A DNA stretch of 63,993 bases, filler included, from Octopus bimaculoides (GCF_001194135.2; 8 parts of 5 records of this genome joined end to end with filler, not necessarily neighbours in it), one strand, 5' to 3'; positions 26,346-40,085 are shown, counted from the whole stretch's first letter. The notes: a model not told the origin generated them from the sequence alone. Made by a program: numbers and translations.

Positions 26346-27200
26346 GATGATTTATGTATTTATGTGCTAAATTTTTGGAAATGTTTACATATCTTTACAG
26401 TTCCATTGATGGCTTGAATCTGTAGTCTTCTAATCAGCCTTTTTCTTTCAGGTTTTGAGAACCCTAATTTTTCCAGGTTTTTGTTGAGGCAGTTCGTTAG
26501 TATGTATGTATGTATGTATGTATGTATGTATGGGACACGGCACATTCATTGAAAACACATTCGTCGTCTCGTAGAAAGCGCATGCGTTGAAAGTATATTG
26601 GCCGAAAGTCAAATTAGTCGAAGCAATGAAATTTCATGAGCAAACCTATGGATACTTTATCTAATTAATGCATACAAATTTTAATGAAGGGACTCTACAG
26701 TGATTTCAAATTTTGGCACAAGGAGAGCAATTCCCCATTCTTAATTGTTGAATTTATTTAATTATGTGACTAAAACTCTTGAAAAGGCCAAGAGTATTAG
26801 TTGTTGCTGGAATAACTACAATTTTTAAATGTGTCTTTTCAAGCGACTCTGAACATTTCCTAGCAACGTTTTGTGTCATCAGTTGGTTGTCCAATAGAAA
26901 TTAATTCTTTAAGCATCAGACTGCTAACCTAAATTTAGCTCTATAATATAATCGTTTTGCCGTGAAATAAATAGATATAAGTTATTAAAGAGGTTATAGA
27001 ATAATATTTATCTCTCCAAGCCCTATCAGCAGGATAGAATTTGGCCACATGTATCATTTTTCAAAGACGGCCATTCAACTGTATAGCCATTGTCCGATAA
27101 TTTTCAGACAGTTTGGAATTTATTTTTAGTAGCAAGCTTATCAAGTTTAGCTTTACTCTCATTCTAGAAGTAGTACGGTACCATTTTCAGGGAGCGATTT
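26345..27200 (-). mobile_element. RLE-type LINE 3' fragments
   Basis: RRLQIQAINGTVKICKHFQKF at the 3' end; degenerate PTDDTKRC zinc-knuckle-region peptide further upstream. Confidence 0.5.
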
Positions 27201-28001
27201 AGAGGAAAATAAATTTAATGAGAGGAATCCCTTAACTAGAACAGTTTGTTCTTGTTAACGTATTCATATTATTGAAGAAAGTATTTTCTTCATAAACCTA
27301 TGCAAAATGTTAAAAACATATCTGAATCACTTCTAATGTAAATAATTTTGGCTTTATAACTTTTTTATTTAGTATTTGTTTTAACACAAGATTTTCCACA
27401 TTGTTTTATAGGCTTAAGATACAGCCACCTATTTACAGAATCTTCCAACAAAAACAGTTACTATCTACGACTGCAGATGACTCAATTATCATGTACACCT
27501 GCATACCATCACAACCCAGTTGGAATAGGTATGGAGTCGGCGGATACTTCTGATCAAAGAAACCTCCACAGGAAGTGAAATAGCAGACACTATAGCTTCG
27601 TATTTTTAGATGGGGATATTGCAGCCAAACTGTCAGACAGTACCGTATATAGGTAATCATTACTGTCCAGCACACTTTCAGTGTGCTTATTTTTGCCTAA
27701 TATTAGCTGTAGTAGGAGTCATCAAGGTATAATTTCAATTTACCTGGAAATGTGGAACGAATCAAATACTGAGCAATTTAACCTGATATACAATCTATCG
27801 ATACACAACTCGAAAGGGACTGTTGCTCTTATTCAGTCTAATATGCCTCTAGTTTAATGCAGATCATCTCAACTTTCGAGACATTCAGCACTAGAATCGG
27901 CCCAGTTCGAGAGGTGAAAGAGAAAGGGAAAGAATAAAGGGAGAGTGAAAGAGAAAGAAAGAGAGAGAGGGGGAGACAGAGAGAGAGAGGGGGGAGACAG
28001 A

Positions 28002-28057
<56 letters not shown>

Positions 28058-29432
28058 CTTTTCATTAGATGCAGCTTCTACAGTAAGGACTCAAAAGTTA
28101 AAACATACATAAACGCCAATAGAACCAATCAAATCCCCACTAAAATTTGACTTACTTCCAATACCTTCTAGATTGTACCACAAGATATAGAAACTGATCT
28201 GGATATATTTTTCATAAATTTCCCAAAATTTTACTGACTCTTGAACTCTTCCAAGGACAAACATCAATTTTTTAAAATTGTACCTTGATAAAAATAAACT
28301 TTAACTCCATTTTTAGTTTAGTCGTGGGCCTAAAATGACATCATTTCCCAATCTAATACTCACATAACTTGTAATTCTCCGACTCTAGTGTAAGTTGCGG
28401 TTCAAGTTAGCAAAAGCAGGAAAGAAGAAACTTGGTAATGAGTACCTTAAGCAGTTTTTCAGTTCATTCCATATTCCAGATACTTCAAAAAAGAGTCATT
28501 CAAAGTTCTGCTGAAATATTGCAAGGTTCTCTTAGGTATCCGGCACTACGCACCTATTCTGGTCCATCAAATGTTGTCTTAGAAATTCCCCTTAAACGAA
28601 CAAAAATATAAGAGGCTTATTTATTCCTCGCACACACACCTAGCAAGTATCTAAGACGCTATTCCAACTTCTCACTAGTAGTAATGAGAAACATATGTTG
28701 AGTAATGTTTCCAGATACCTAAATAAATCAGGAGTATGACCCTGTGTGGCTCGCTGAATGTGGTCTTGTGAGTTTTTAGCCCTGTGAGTTTGTGACATCC
28801 AAAATAATCAATTTGCCATCTTGAAGGATTGTCCTTATGATTACTTCTAATCTCTGTTCATATCCTTTTTTAGATTGAGAAAATGCTATAATTTTATAAC
28901 AGTCAATGTTTCGTCGGTATTTAAATAAGAAAAGCAACTCTTTATGTCAAAAGGGTAACGGTGTGTTGTGTGAGCTGTTCAGGGTTCGTGTGTGAGAATG
29001 GTGATGGTCTGTTGAACTTGTAGCAAATGCACTTATTAAAATTTTGTTTCTCATCCTTTGGGGGTCGATGAAATAATTACCAGTCAAATACTGATATTGA
29101 TGTAATTAACTAGCCACCCACATCGTCCTCGCAAATTGTAGGCCTTGTGCCTATAGAAGAAAGGGCTATTAGAGCAGGTCCAACATGACTCTCACTGACA
29201 CGGTTTGCACAGCTATGAAACGGATCATATAACCTGTTGTGTCTAGACGTAGAAAAGGAAGCAGTCAACTATTAATAGCTTAGATTTTAATAGAGTAACC
29301 ATTTAGGGGAGGCGACAACAGAATGAGAGTAAAGTACAGCTGATGTGCGTCTGTTTAGTAAAATCATCATATAAGTATTACCTTATTACAAATCAATTTT
29401 ATTATAGATATATACATCAATACATCTGTAAG

Positions 29433-29665
29433 CGGAATGGGCTTCTCGACCTGAACAAAACTGTAAATGAGTCTGACTGGCAAGGTCATGTGCCATTTAT
29501 CTTGATATGAGATCACCATGTCACGCACATATGGCTGTGATGCATGTACCTGGTGCACCTTTATCAGACGGGTAGTCGTGATGGGTATATTGGACTTCGT
29601 ACGTTACTCTCCCAGAGTCACTTTGATGGCATGTGCTACTCTCTCACTCAATAACAATAATAATA
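29433..29665 (+). mobile_element. 5'-truncated non-autonomous element related to 32506-33100 but with a different 3' tail and an (AAT)n end
   Basis: Shared body gcaaggtc..tttatcttgatat.agatcac..acgggtagtc; tail ttactctcccagagtcactttgatggc..ctcaataacaataataat. Confidence 0.7.
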
Positions 29666-29689
29666 ATAATGATTTCTTTGTTAACCCCA

Positions 29690-30060
29690 AGGAATCAAAA
29701 ATACAAAGGACAAAATATAACACAAGATGCAGGGTATATTTTGACGTGTAACAACAAACAAAACTCCAAAATGGAAAGATAGCTGCATAGGACCAATCAA
29801 GAAACTTCCATGAAACCCCGGTGATCCTCGCCAGCAAAGAATTGTTCGATAAAACCTCACAAATCAGTAATGCGTGGACACTGTAGGAGCTCGTGCAGTC
29901 CGGTTTCAGCGCTCGGCGTACATCTCCTTGAACTCTTGCAATAAGTTTCTAGTACCCTTTCTTGCTTAGTAGGCATCGGCGATGTCCGTGGTCTTTCGGA
30001 ACGTTTCTTGTGCACATTCTGAACAGATCCATCTGCTTCAAACTTATTCAAAATTCGATT
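29690..30060 (-). mobile_element. Tc1/mariner-superfamily transposase N-terminal fragment
   Basis: KFEADGSVQNVHKKRSERPRTS resembles the KFxxTGSV..RSGRPRT HTH region. Confidence 0.6.
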
Positions 30061-30105
30061 GGTGTTAAGTTGGGTAGATGGATCCCTCCTAACTCTCTAG
30101 TGGGT

Positions 30106-30330
30106 TAAGGCGGTGAGCTGGCAGAAACGTTAGCACGCCGAGTGAAATGCTTAGCGGTATTTCGTCTGTCTTTACATTCTGAGTTCAAATTCCGCCGAGG
30201 TCGACTTTGTCTTTCATCCTTTCGCGGTCGATAAATTAAGTACTAGTTGCATACTGGGGTCGATTTAATCGACTGGTCCCCCCTTCTCCAAAATTTCCGG
30301 CCTTGTGCCTTGAGTAGAAAAGATTATTTC
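30106..30330 (+). mobile_element. SINE family A, alternative-tail subfamily
   Basis: Same head and core; tail ccaaaatttccggccttgtgccttgagtagaaaagatt. Confidence 0.85.
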
Positions 30331-31824
30331 TAGTGAGTTAAATCGAAAAAGAAATGAAAATTAAGTGAGTATACATTGCTTTTTGGGATACTTCCTTTAT
30401 ATTTTCATAGTATATAAATAGATATATTTAGAGAAATGTATGGGTTTACAAGCATATGAACGGAAAGAGTAAATAATATGAGAGCATTACATCACAGTAG
30501 ATATCAACGAGTTAACTTAGCTATATATTATTCTGACAAAAAACAAAGCAATTAGTTACAGTTAATGTAGGAATATACGAACAAATTCGATGATTTGGCA
30601 TCTATTACTGAAGCTTCATGTAAATGACGTAATAAGATGCATAGATTTTTAGCGTTGGCCACCTGATACAAAACTATTCAGTTCATTAAACTAAAAAGCA
30701 TTTCATTTAACTACTAGTTTTCCTAATACATTACGTGTTTCCGTTCTATCGCTAAGGTAACCACTACAGCCAATGCCTCATTAGTTGTCGTCACCGTTGA
30801 GGTAAATTTAATTGTTGGCGGCTGTATTGCTACAATTTTTATCGAGAATATCATTTATATTGCAGGCATTAAATAATTTGTTGCTCATCTGTCACGGCAA
30901 AAGATACTGGCACGATATTTACTTTGATTCGTCGTCTCTTTTGCATAATAGAATAGACAAGCGGTGATCGCAGATGATTACAACCCCTATTCTGGAATTC
31001 CCACTCGTTGAAGAAGCGGAGAGGAGGTTAATTAGATTGGTATTGCTGTGTAGAAGATCTAATGGCTACACATTGTAATACTTCAGAAGAAGATTAAAAT
31101 GAACAGCAACTCCCAGTGGTGATGACTGTGGCAGCCGCTCCGTTGTTTCCAGAGAGCCGCCGGTCGCAGCTCCGGAGATAGCCTTAGCGGAAGCAAATGA
31201 AATCGCTAAATCTTAGTTCGTCACGTCGAACATGGAACTGTATAGAGACTACAAGCAGAAGGACTCTTCATCGATGCAGCAGAGTGGTGTAGATAAGAAA
31301 AGAAACTTGTGAAATATGGGAAATCGTCGGAGATGGTAAAGTCAGTGTAAAGACTGAAGCCAGATCAAAATCAAGTGAGAGGAGTGCTTGAAGTCGATTC
31401 ACAGTTGTCCAAAACTTTTAACGATAGCCTGTCAAATCTAAGCTATCTAGAGATGTAGATAAAAAGAATATTGTGCTTGGGACCTAATTACATAAAAAAC
31501 AGAAATGATAGACTACTAGCGAAAAGCAATATGTGCAAAAGATGCTCATGGGAACACTTGAAACCCAGGACGGAAATTTGCAGATTTGTAGCGTATACCC
31601 ACTCCCTGTACTAAAAATTACTTTGTACCAGGCCTCATTTATTGTATATATGTACCCTTTCATGTCATGTGACACTTTTCTATTACACTTTTTTTAAATA
31701 TATGCATACACACAGAAAGATATAGAAGACAGATATACACTAATGTTTTCAACAGCTTATATGCTACGTATTGCTTTACAAAGTAGAATACACGCACGCA
31801 CGCACGCACGCACACATACCCACG

Positions 31825-31878
<54 letters not shown>

Positions 31879-31978
31879 NNNNNNNNNNNNNNNNNNNNNN
31901 NNNNNNNNNNNNNNNNNNNNNNTTAATTAATTAANNNNNNNNNNNNNNNNNNNNNNNNNNNNNNNNNNNNNNNNNNNN

Positions 31979-32441
31979 CACCTGCATTAGTGTTTATGGT
32001 TGGTTCAGAGAGTATTTCACTTTGCCTATCAGTTACCTTAACTCTTTCAATCATTACTGTATTTTCTTCAGCCTTGGGCTGGTTTATAATTATTTCTTCT
32101 GTACTATCTTCTTTAGCTGCAGTTTCATTCTGTTTATCCTTTACTGCTTGCTTAATTTGGTCAATCTCTACTTCTGTTAGTAATTTTTTTTTCATAATGT
32201 TTCTTCTGACGTTGGCAAGTTTGTTACTGTCTATGTAGGGTCTTACTTCAAGGTGTTTCTGTCTCCAGTTTAAGTAGGTTTGTACAGTATTAGATTTATC
32301 TGTAGGGAAATATATGGCATGGTAGAAGGCTGTAAGAACTTCTTTATTATCTTCCCTAGACCATTTTTCATTTTTATTCTTTTGGTTATTTCATGACGTG
32401 CATGGATGGCCATCTGTTGGAATATTCCGGTTGTGGAGTAC

Positions 32442-32442
<1 letters not shown>
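31979..32442 (-). mobile_element. R4/Dong-type LINE ORF N-terminal region, abutting (TAA)n
   Basis: KWSREDNKEVLTAFYHA..KLANVRRNIMKKKLLTEVEIDQIK resembles the R4/Dong N-terminal KWTxEEN..LLxxxEIxxI pattern; truncated by a gap. Confidence 0.7.
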
Positions 32443-32490
<48 letters not shown>

Positions 32491-32505
32491 ATTATTATTA
32501 TTATT

Positions 32506-33100
32506 GCTTTTGCACGGCTTCTAACGCTGGAGATATACTGTGGTGTTAGCTGTTCACTACCAGTTAACTAAGGTAACACCTCTTATTTTTCGAGCACCTA
32601 TCAGGACTACCCGTTTCATAAGGGTACGTCAGGCACATGAATCACTAACAAATGTGGTGGGGGGGTGACCTAGTGATCTGATATCAAGATAAACTGCGCA
32701 CGACCTTGCAAGTGGAGCCCAGTTAAAATTTCTTTGAGGTCGAGTTGCCTATCCCACTCAAATAAGGTTGTTTAAGGATGATGATCAAAAGACCCATGTT
32801 TTCAAAAGTAAATTATCCAAACGTCAAAGAATACAGTAGTTGTATACTGTCAGCTTAATGTGACAGCAGTCACCTGAAGGGAGTAATACTACTGTTGGTT
32901 AGACCTAGGAAGCTGCACCGCTTCCTGTCGGACTTGACACATTTCTTGTGTCCTTATGTTTACAAAGGGGATACAAGCACTTCCACCCAGCTAAGCCTGC
33001 ATCCAGAGACATGTTTCTGAATCTTTGCTCGTCATCAGTCTGGAGTAGCATGACCTGCTAGTCGAAGATGCCTGTCAAGCTCTTGTAAACATACGATAAT
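32506..33100 (-). mobile_element. Non-coding element with a 5' hammerhead motif and an R4/Dong-type 3' tail
   Basis: The 3' ~65 nt match the LINE terminus at 55383-55450; (TAA)n tail at 32443-32505; no ORF seen. Confidence 0.7.
33002..33044 (-). ncRNA. Type I hammerhead ribozyme motif
   Basis: tccaga-CTGATGA-cgagcaaagattca-GAAA-CATG-TC^-tctgga: perfect 6-bp stem I, intact core, GUC triplet, palindromic stem III (ACATGT). Stem II is imperfect. Confidence 0.7.
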
Positions 33101-35354
33101 TTATAAGTTGATAGTTTGACGTTAAGACGACAGTAAAAGGTGATGATATTATGTACATTTAAGATTACTTTGAAATTGTTTACAGATTAAAATATTTTCG
33201 TGATTACATGGGCAATATTCTTTGTAGGATATGAATAGATTCTATTCGCACTAGTTTTTGAATTTCTTCTATATTTTAGTTTCCTTATATCTGGGAGAGG
33301 TATTATTATTTTTGTTATTATTATCATTTGAAACAGTTTGATGAGCTCCATGAGACTTAACGCTTCACAAGCTTCTAAGAGTAATCCGGCTCACTCAGTC
33401 TCAGATTACCGAATACCGATAATCTGTGATTGAATCAGCCGAGTGTCTGCTAGAAATCTGCAAAACCTTAAAACGCATGGAGCTGAATGAAACTGAAAAT
33501 AATATGTGAATCCGACGAAATGTGTTGAGATAGGTCGGTCGGTTGGTCGGGTAGGTAGGTAGGTAGGTAGGTAGATAGGTGGGTAGGAATACGCATACAC
33601 ACACACAATGGATAAACATCTTAATGTTCAAATGATTCATCTCTCGATAGCAAAGCGTGTTAACTTAAAATTTTTAAATTCTTTATTCTCTTCAAAATAT
33701 TGGAAATATATTTTCGTTTTAGTTGAGCATGTGTACTTGCTAATGTAATTGTGTGGATGTGTCTAGCATAATACAAGTGAGAATCACTGCTTTAAATGTT
33801 TTGAATAAAGGATAATATTCCAATGTAGAAAATACCTCCTCTGAACTAAATCTGAAGCGAAAAATATTGCTGTATATTCTTAAATATTCAATCCCGTGGA
33901 AATAAATTAAAATATCTTTGCTAAAAGGAAACACACACATAACACATTTTCATGCTGCAGCGTAACCCTTTGTAATAACAGAATAAATGGTAAGATTCCG
34001 TAATATAAAAAGAACTCAAATATTGGCATGAATAGAAAAATGCAACGAATATCGATTTTCAGAATATTTATTTACTGACATAGTTGCTGTAATTGACAAG
34101 ATATTTGCTGTAAAAGTGATTCGTATTGGATATTGATATTTTCATGGCGATCGTTTATTTTTTTGTTGTGATTTTTCTTTCTGCATTACCAGCAATCACT
34201 TTCTGCTACCTTCGCAGATATTTTAGTTGTACTTAGCTCTACCAATGATCAATAAGTCTATATGAAGAAGAACGCCTTGTTCCATTCTGTGCTAATGTAT
34301 AAAATAATAGAAATGCAACATATGATTTTGTTCAGTACAACTTTCCTATAGATTAGTTTCCTTGAAGTAACTCAAGAATCTAGTTGTGATTGGTTTAGAC
34401 GTAAACCCAAACGAGGAATCTGCCGGCCGCACACTAGCATTAATAGCTGTACAATTGATAATGCATTATATGTAATACTTTGCCTGAGTTTCGTTCAAGC
34501 ATGCAACTCGCAATTATAGGGCAACTCAATACATTGAGAGATATCCGATGGGGAGAAAATATGAAAAAGAAGGTAATAGCATCACTTATATTCTCCGAAT
34601 GCCAAGAGAGTGTGCACGCTTCGATCGATTGCCTACTGCATTTTTTGCTTTATTCGTTCAAACGTGGGTCAGATAAAAGCATTAGCCTTACATATGCCAA
34701 CTCATACCAACACGCAGAAATATTAATCATGTGAATATAAGAAATTTTTACTTTGGATAAGTGTTTTTATAGAACTATACACAAAAGATGAGTGATATGA
34801 AAGTGGTTACGGAAAGCAAACAAGAAATGCAACGGTTCAGAAAGACTTCGAAACTTTTTTTTGTTTTATGTCAATCGTAGACTTGTCGTATAAAGAGAAC
34901 ACTGAGCTTAATTAATAAAATATTCATGTAAACTATGCATATATTTCATGGAACATAACCAAACTTTTAGTTATATAGCAATGTTTACTCTTTCCTTGTT
35001 TCTGATTTCTCTACCGCTTTCTTATGGCGATTCTTGTTTATTTTTAAGCCATGTAACAGCTCTAAGTTAGTAATCATACAATAAACTGCTATTTATTTCT
35101 TTTTATAAGGTAAAATATGTTGTTGAAATATGAGACATACTTTCATTTTCTTTTAAACAACCATAGTGGTCGACTGCTTACTGGCATGCTAAATGCTCTA
35201 TGTTGACCATCAATATACGAATATCCAATACTTATTTTTTTCCTTTTATAGACAATCACCGGATCAGGTCTACACAACTTCTAAGCATATATATATATAT
35301 ATATACATATTCTGTTTTTCTTCCTCCGTTTTTCCCTTCTTTGGACTTTCTTTG

Positions 35355-35388
35355 TTTCCGACGAAGAGCTCCGCTCGAAACGTCATAT
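35355..35388 (+). ncRNA. Minimal Penelope-type hammerhead-like motif (U4C variant)
   Basis: CCGACGA-a-GAGC-tcc-GCTC-GAAA-CG-TC^; weak stem I; embedded in a PLE-like tail also seen at ~9340-9420. Confidence 0.45.
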
Positions 35389-35591
35389 TCGCTTTCATTC
35401 TTTTCCCGAGCGTCTAGGATCACAGTCTGTATCACGTCCTCACGTTGTTGTTTTTTTGTTGTTGTTTCTTGTCTTTTTCCTTTTTTGAACTATATATATA
35501 TATATATATATGCATGTATATAGATACAGAAATATATGAATATATATATATATACATATACATATATTACATATATNNNNNNNNNNNNNNN

Positions 35592-35627
<36 letters not shown>

Positions 35628-35964
35628 GACGGACTTCTTTCAAATTCTGTCTGCCAAATTTACTCATAAGGCTTTGCTAGGCCCGAGACTACAGTAGAGG
35701 ACGTTTCTGTGTTTGTGTTAGTGTGTTTAGGGATATATAACACAGTACCCTCTCAGAAACATATACACATATGCATGATAAGCGAAATAATAACGTATAT
35801 TCTAGAAATAGGAGAACTATTGGAATGACTAACGCATGCAACTAACTTTAACTGAAATAAGTTAAACGCTCTTCTCAGGCGTTAAGTTAGAATTTTTTAT
35901 ATTCCTGACTATTGCGCAACTAACTTAATCCCCAGTTTCATGATGATGATGATGATGATGATGT

Positions 35965-36012
<48 letters not shown>

Positions 36013-36449
36013 CGGCGATCATCATCATCATCGTCATCGTCATCATCATCATCATCATCATCATCAACATCAACATCATGAACATAAGCATCATCATAAT
36101 CATCAACAACAAAAACAACAACAAAAACAGCATTATTGCATTTATTTCAGTAAACATTTCATACATGCATTTACACCCGTCAAAAGAGCGAATAATCGAT
36201 CACTTTGATAACGTGTGTTTTTTTGGAATGTGTGATGAGTTTCATTATTATATTGCAAGTGCTATATATTTTCTCAGTCCCCTCTGCTTAGTGGAGCTAT
36301 TTATCTATATTGTGTGTGTATAATTGGTGTTCTTTCCGCTATATATTAATTGCATCTAATGCAGCATCTGTTGTCGTTGAAATCGTTAATGTTTTCCCTC
36401 CTCACACACAGTTTCCTCATTTGTAGTTGGAATTGTGAATCTATTGACT

Positions 36450-37000
36450 CTGGGATTTAAAATTCTTTTAGCATTTGACTCCGTTGTAATTGATATATCG
36501 AACAGAGAACATTTATTTTGCTCATAGCTTTGACAATAGCGTCTGATCAATTTACCTTAATCCTATTGTATGTATTAATTGACATGTTCTTCAGTTTGCT
36601 CACATTGTCATTATCTTATTACATTCTGGTGTTTGTAACATCTGTCTGTTTTCTTTTACTCTTTCATATTACAGACACATTTTGCAATGTGTGAAAGTCT
36701 CAAATTTGTAATATATCAATATATTCTGCAGTTGCTACAACTAATGAACCTCAAAAATGTAATTCTCCATCAATCTATGGCTTCGTGTGTAGTGCAGATA
36801 CTGTTATTCACTTTGTCTCAATATTTTGTAGTTTCAGTTTACTCTGCGTTGGCACTGTACGACAACCAATTTCGTTGGTCCCAGTATAGCGACTATTAAT
36901 TTTCAGGTACTACAGACTTTATCCATTTTCTTTTTCTTCATTGTTCACAGTACGTTGTGATAATCACCACTATATTCAGGTCTTCTCCTGCTCAGGATAC
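36450..37000 (-). mobile_element. Highly degenerate R4/Dong-type LINE C-terminal fragment
   Basis: VATAEY resembles LAPTEY, and IKVN*SDAIV resembles IKANRPDIIV. Confidence 0.45.
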
Positions 37001-37965
37001 GAGTATCTGGCAGGGAACACATTTAACAGTCAAGTATGTTGGTGAAGATGTATGGAATTCGGAGAAAAGTTGACCGTTAGATGTGTGAACATGCCTTGAT
37101 ACTGAATCATACAGTGCCTTGCCGAAATATTCAATATAATGTGTTCCTCCAAAATACATACTGGACATTAGGAGATTAACAGTGTAAATTGGAAATAAAT
37201 TGACAGAAGGCAACATAGAACCATTGTGGTATCACTGCGGCAATAGTTTGATAAGTTCTTACATGGCAGTTCGTAACCACTATAGTACATTTTTTTCTGC
37301 CTAGATAGTATGGGATGTTGCGCTTTGTGTGTGTTGCGTGGCATGTTTTGAAATATAGATACTAGTGTCTCTCTGTGCTTTTGAAATAAATATCAGTTGT
37401 AACTGTGGTGTAGTTTTTAACTGACATTATGTCATGAAATGTGTAATTCTATGTTGCTCAATTCTCTTGTGTATTTGAGATTCGGGTGTAGATTGTTGAG
37501 ATGGGTGCTGCATTCTTCCAGATTTTCTAAGGGTATGGTCCAAATTAGGAAATAACCATCGCGGTATTTTTCCATGTGTCCTCTATACACCTTCTAAAGA
37601 TCGTGGCGTATTTTCTTCAATTATTTCATATAGGTTTTGTTGCAAATATCCAAGTATATATATATAGGTGTAAGAGTGGCTGTGTGGTAAGTAGCTTGCT
37701 TACGAACCGCATGGTTCCGGGTTCAGTCCCACTGCGTGACAACTTGGGAAAGTTTCTTCTAATATAGCGTCGAGCCGACCAAAGCCTTATGAGTGGATTT
37801 GGTAGACAGAAACTGAAANNNNNNNNNNNNNNNNNNNNNNNNNNNNNNNNNNNNNNNNNNNNTTAATTAATTAANNNNNNNNNNNNNNNNNNNNNNNNNN
37901 NNNNNNNNNNNNNNNNNNATATGTTTTTAATTGATATTAGCCCTTGTGGCCAATAAAACGAATTA

Positions 37966-38028
<63 letters not shown>

Positions 38029-39802
38029 GTTATTATTATTATTATCATCGTCATCATCATCATTATTTTTATTATCATTATTATTAATCGTTACCACGTC
38101 GGCCACAGGTTTTACTGCTATATCTGTGGACCCTTTGTTTACCTTCTGGTTGCTTTTTGCATAATGGAATAGATTTCAGGTGGTCTGTTAACGTTGGAAA
38201 TTCTAGTTGTTGCAGAAACCTGTCGCTACTCAGTGTATCATCATGTATGATAGTTAGTTTTCGGTAGAGAGTTATTTTTTATCAAAATTTTATGATGCAA
38301 CCACAGTTCATCTGTGTCAACTATGAGCATAATAATAATAATGTGGTACGGAAGAAGAGAAAGTCGTTTTAGTATTATGGCAAATGAACAATGAGAAAAC
38401 ATGTAGTAGATTAACGTGTTTGTTCCAGGCAGCATTCCTCCTACATGTTAAAAATCTATTTTTCATGTAGACAACAGCAGTAGCAAAAGCATTAAAAGCG
38501 AAGATAGTGAACGGCAACGATTAAAAGAACGAACGTTGTGTAGGAGAGCAGCATCTGATATCAAAAATTGTGAGAATGGTGGTAAAATCAGCATACTGTA
38601 TTAATGAACACACTACCAGCGAAGACAACAACAGAAGTAATCCTCCCGATGTATTTTTGATGGAGAGGGTTTTTTTTTTTTACCTCTAGCAAGCTGACCG
38701 AATAAATGTTGTGACCATTTCTATCATCGGTGAATTATCAACAAGGTTTATAAGAAAGCAGCAAGAACAGCATTATTTACAAACAGCAATAATTGAACTG
38801 ACTCATAAAAGATTTTTACACGTGTAAAATGGAAATAATTTTGCTGTGTAAACCACTGGGGATATTGGAGGAACAAAATTTAGACTGACAGTGATATAAT
38901 GATGCATGAATATGTCAACACACAACGCGAGTTGCTCATACGAGCAGATGTGGAAAGTGTCATGAATTATGTGTTGTGGGAAAAATAAATCATATATCGC
39001 CAGTAAAACAAATTGTTACGGTCGATGATAGATTTAACACGGAAGCTGAAGCGAAAAAGTATTTCGTCACCCCACTGATAAATGAGGATTTGATATTCAT
39101 ACCGACTTGCAAGACGATGGTAAAAAAGTAATCGTACGTCCAGAAAGAAGCCTCTGGTGTGTAACAGTTGCTCATTTGCCCATAAGAAAATCTTCCAAAG
39201 GTACTCTCAGTATTTTGAATTTTCTTTAGTACTCCCACGTAACACTGTCATTCATTATTGACCTATCAATTTCGACCATCCTATGTATTTTATGTTGATT
39301 CTTCTGTTTCAGCCTTCTGATTTCTCTATTTTCATTTAACTTGAATTCCCCAAAGTATATTGAATTTAATTCAGCTTATGGTATATTTTCCCTCATAGAC
39401 CAAATTTAGCGAATTCTATTGTGGCTATAGACATTTCTGGAAGCATCCATAAAGAAGTGCTGGTATATAAATAGATCGTGCAGCGTTCATAATAAACAGT
39501 GGCTTCATACATAAAATATAGTAAATTGTACGAGACTTATAAAGATAGTCTTTCGGGGTAATTGGTAACATATACGCAGTATATTACCTTCTAACTTACC
39601 ATTTTGTTTGTTCACGAAACTACTGACATAAATGAGATAATTAAGTCTGTAGGAATTCTGCTAGCAGTTTTATTTGGAAAATATTATATTTCGTGGAGCA
39701 CTGCACTTCAACACCTACTTCTTTTTGGAAAATTTACTTGCTGAAGTGCAGTTTTAAAAACGGGCTTCCGTTGATACATATCTTCATCGAATTTATTTTT
39801 CA

Positions 39803-40085
39803 TTCTTCTTCTTCTTATTATTCTTCTTCTTCTTCTTCTTCTTCTTCTTCTCCTTCTTCTTCTTCTTCTTCTCCTTCTCCTTCTTCTTCTTCTTCTTCTT
39901 CTTCTTCTTCTTCTTCTTCTTCTTCTTCTTCTTCTCCTTCTTCTTCTTCTTCTTCTTCTTCTTCTTCTTCTTCTTCTTCTTCTTCTTCTTCTTCTTCTTC
40001 TTCTTCTTCTTCTTCTCCTTCTTCTTCTTCTTCTTCTTCTTCTTCTTCTTCTTCTTCTTCTTCTTCTTCTTCTTCTTCTTCTTCT
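39803..40085 (+). repeat. (TTC)n/(GAA)n microsatellite, ~280 bp
   Basis: Direct reading; a few CTC interruptions. Confidence 0.95.

Noticed and set aside
26855-26885. caa-CTGATGA-cac-aaaacgttg hammerhead look-alike
   Set aside because: Lacks GAAA and helix II, and lies in degenerate LINE coding sequence.
38990-39240. Short ORFs on both strands of unique-looking sequence
   Set aside because: No recognisable domain and weak splice signals.
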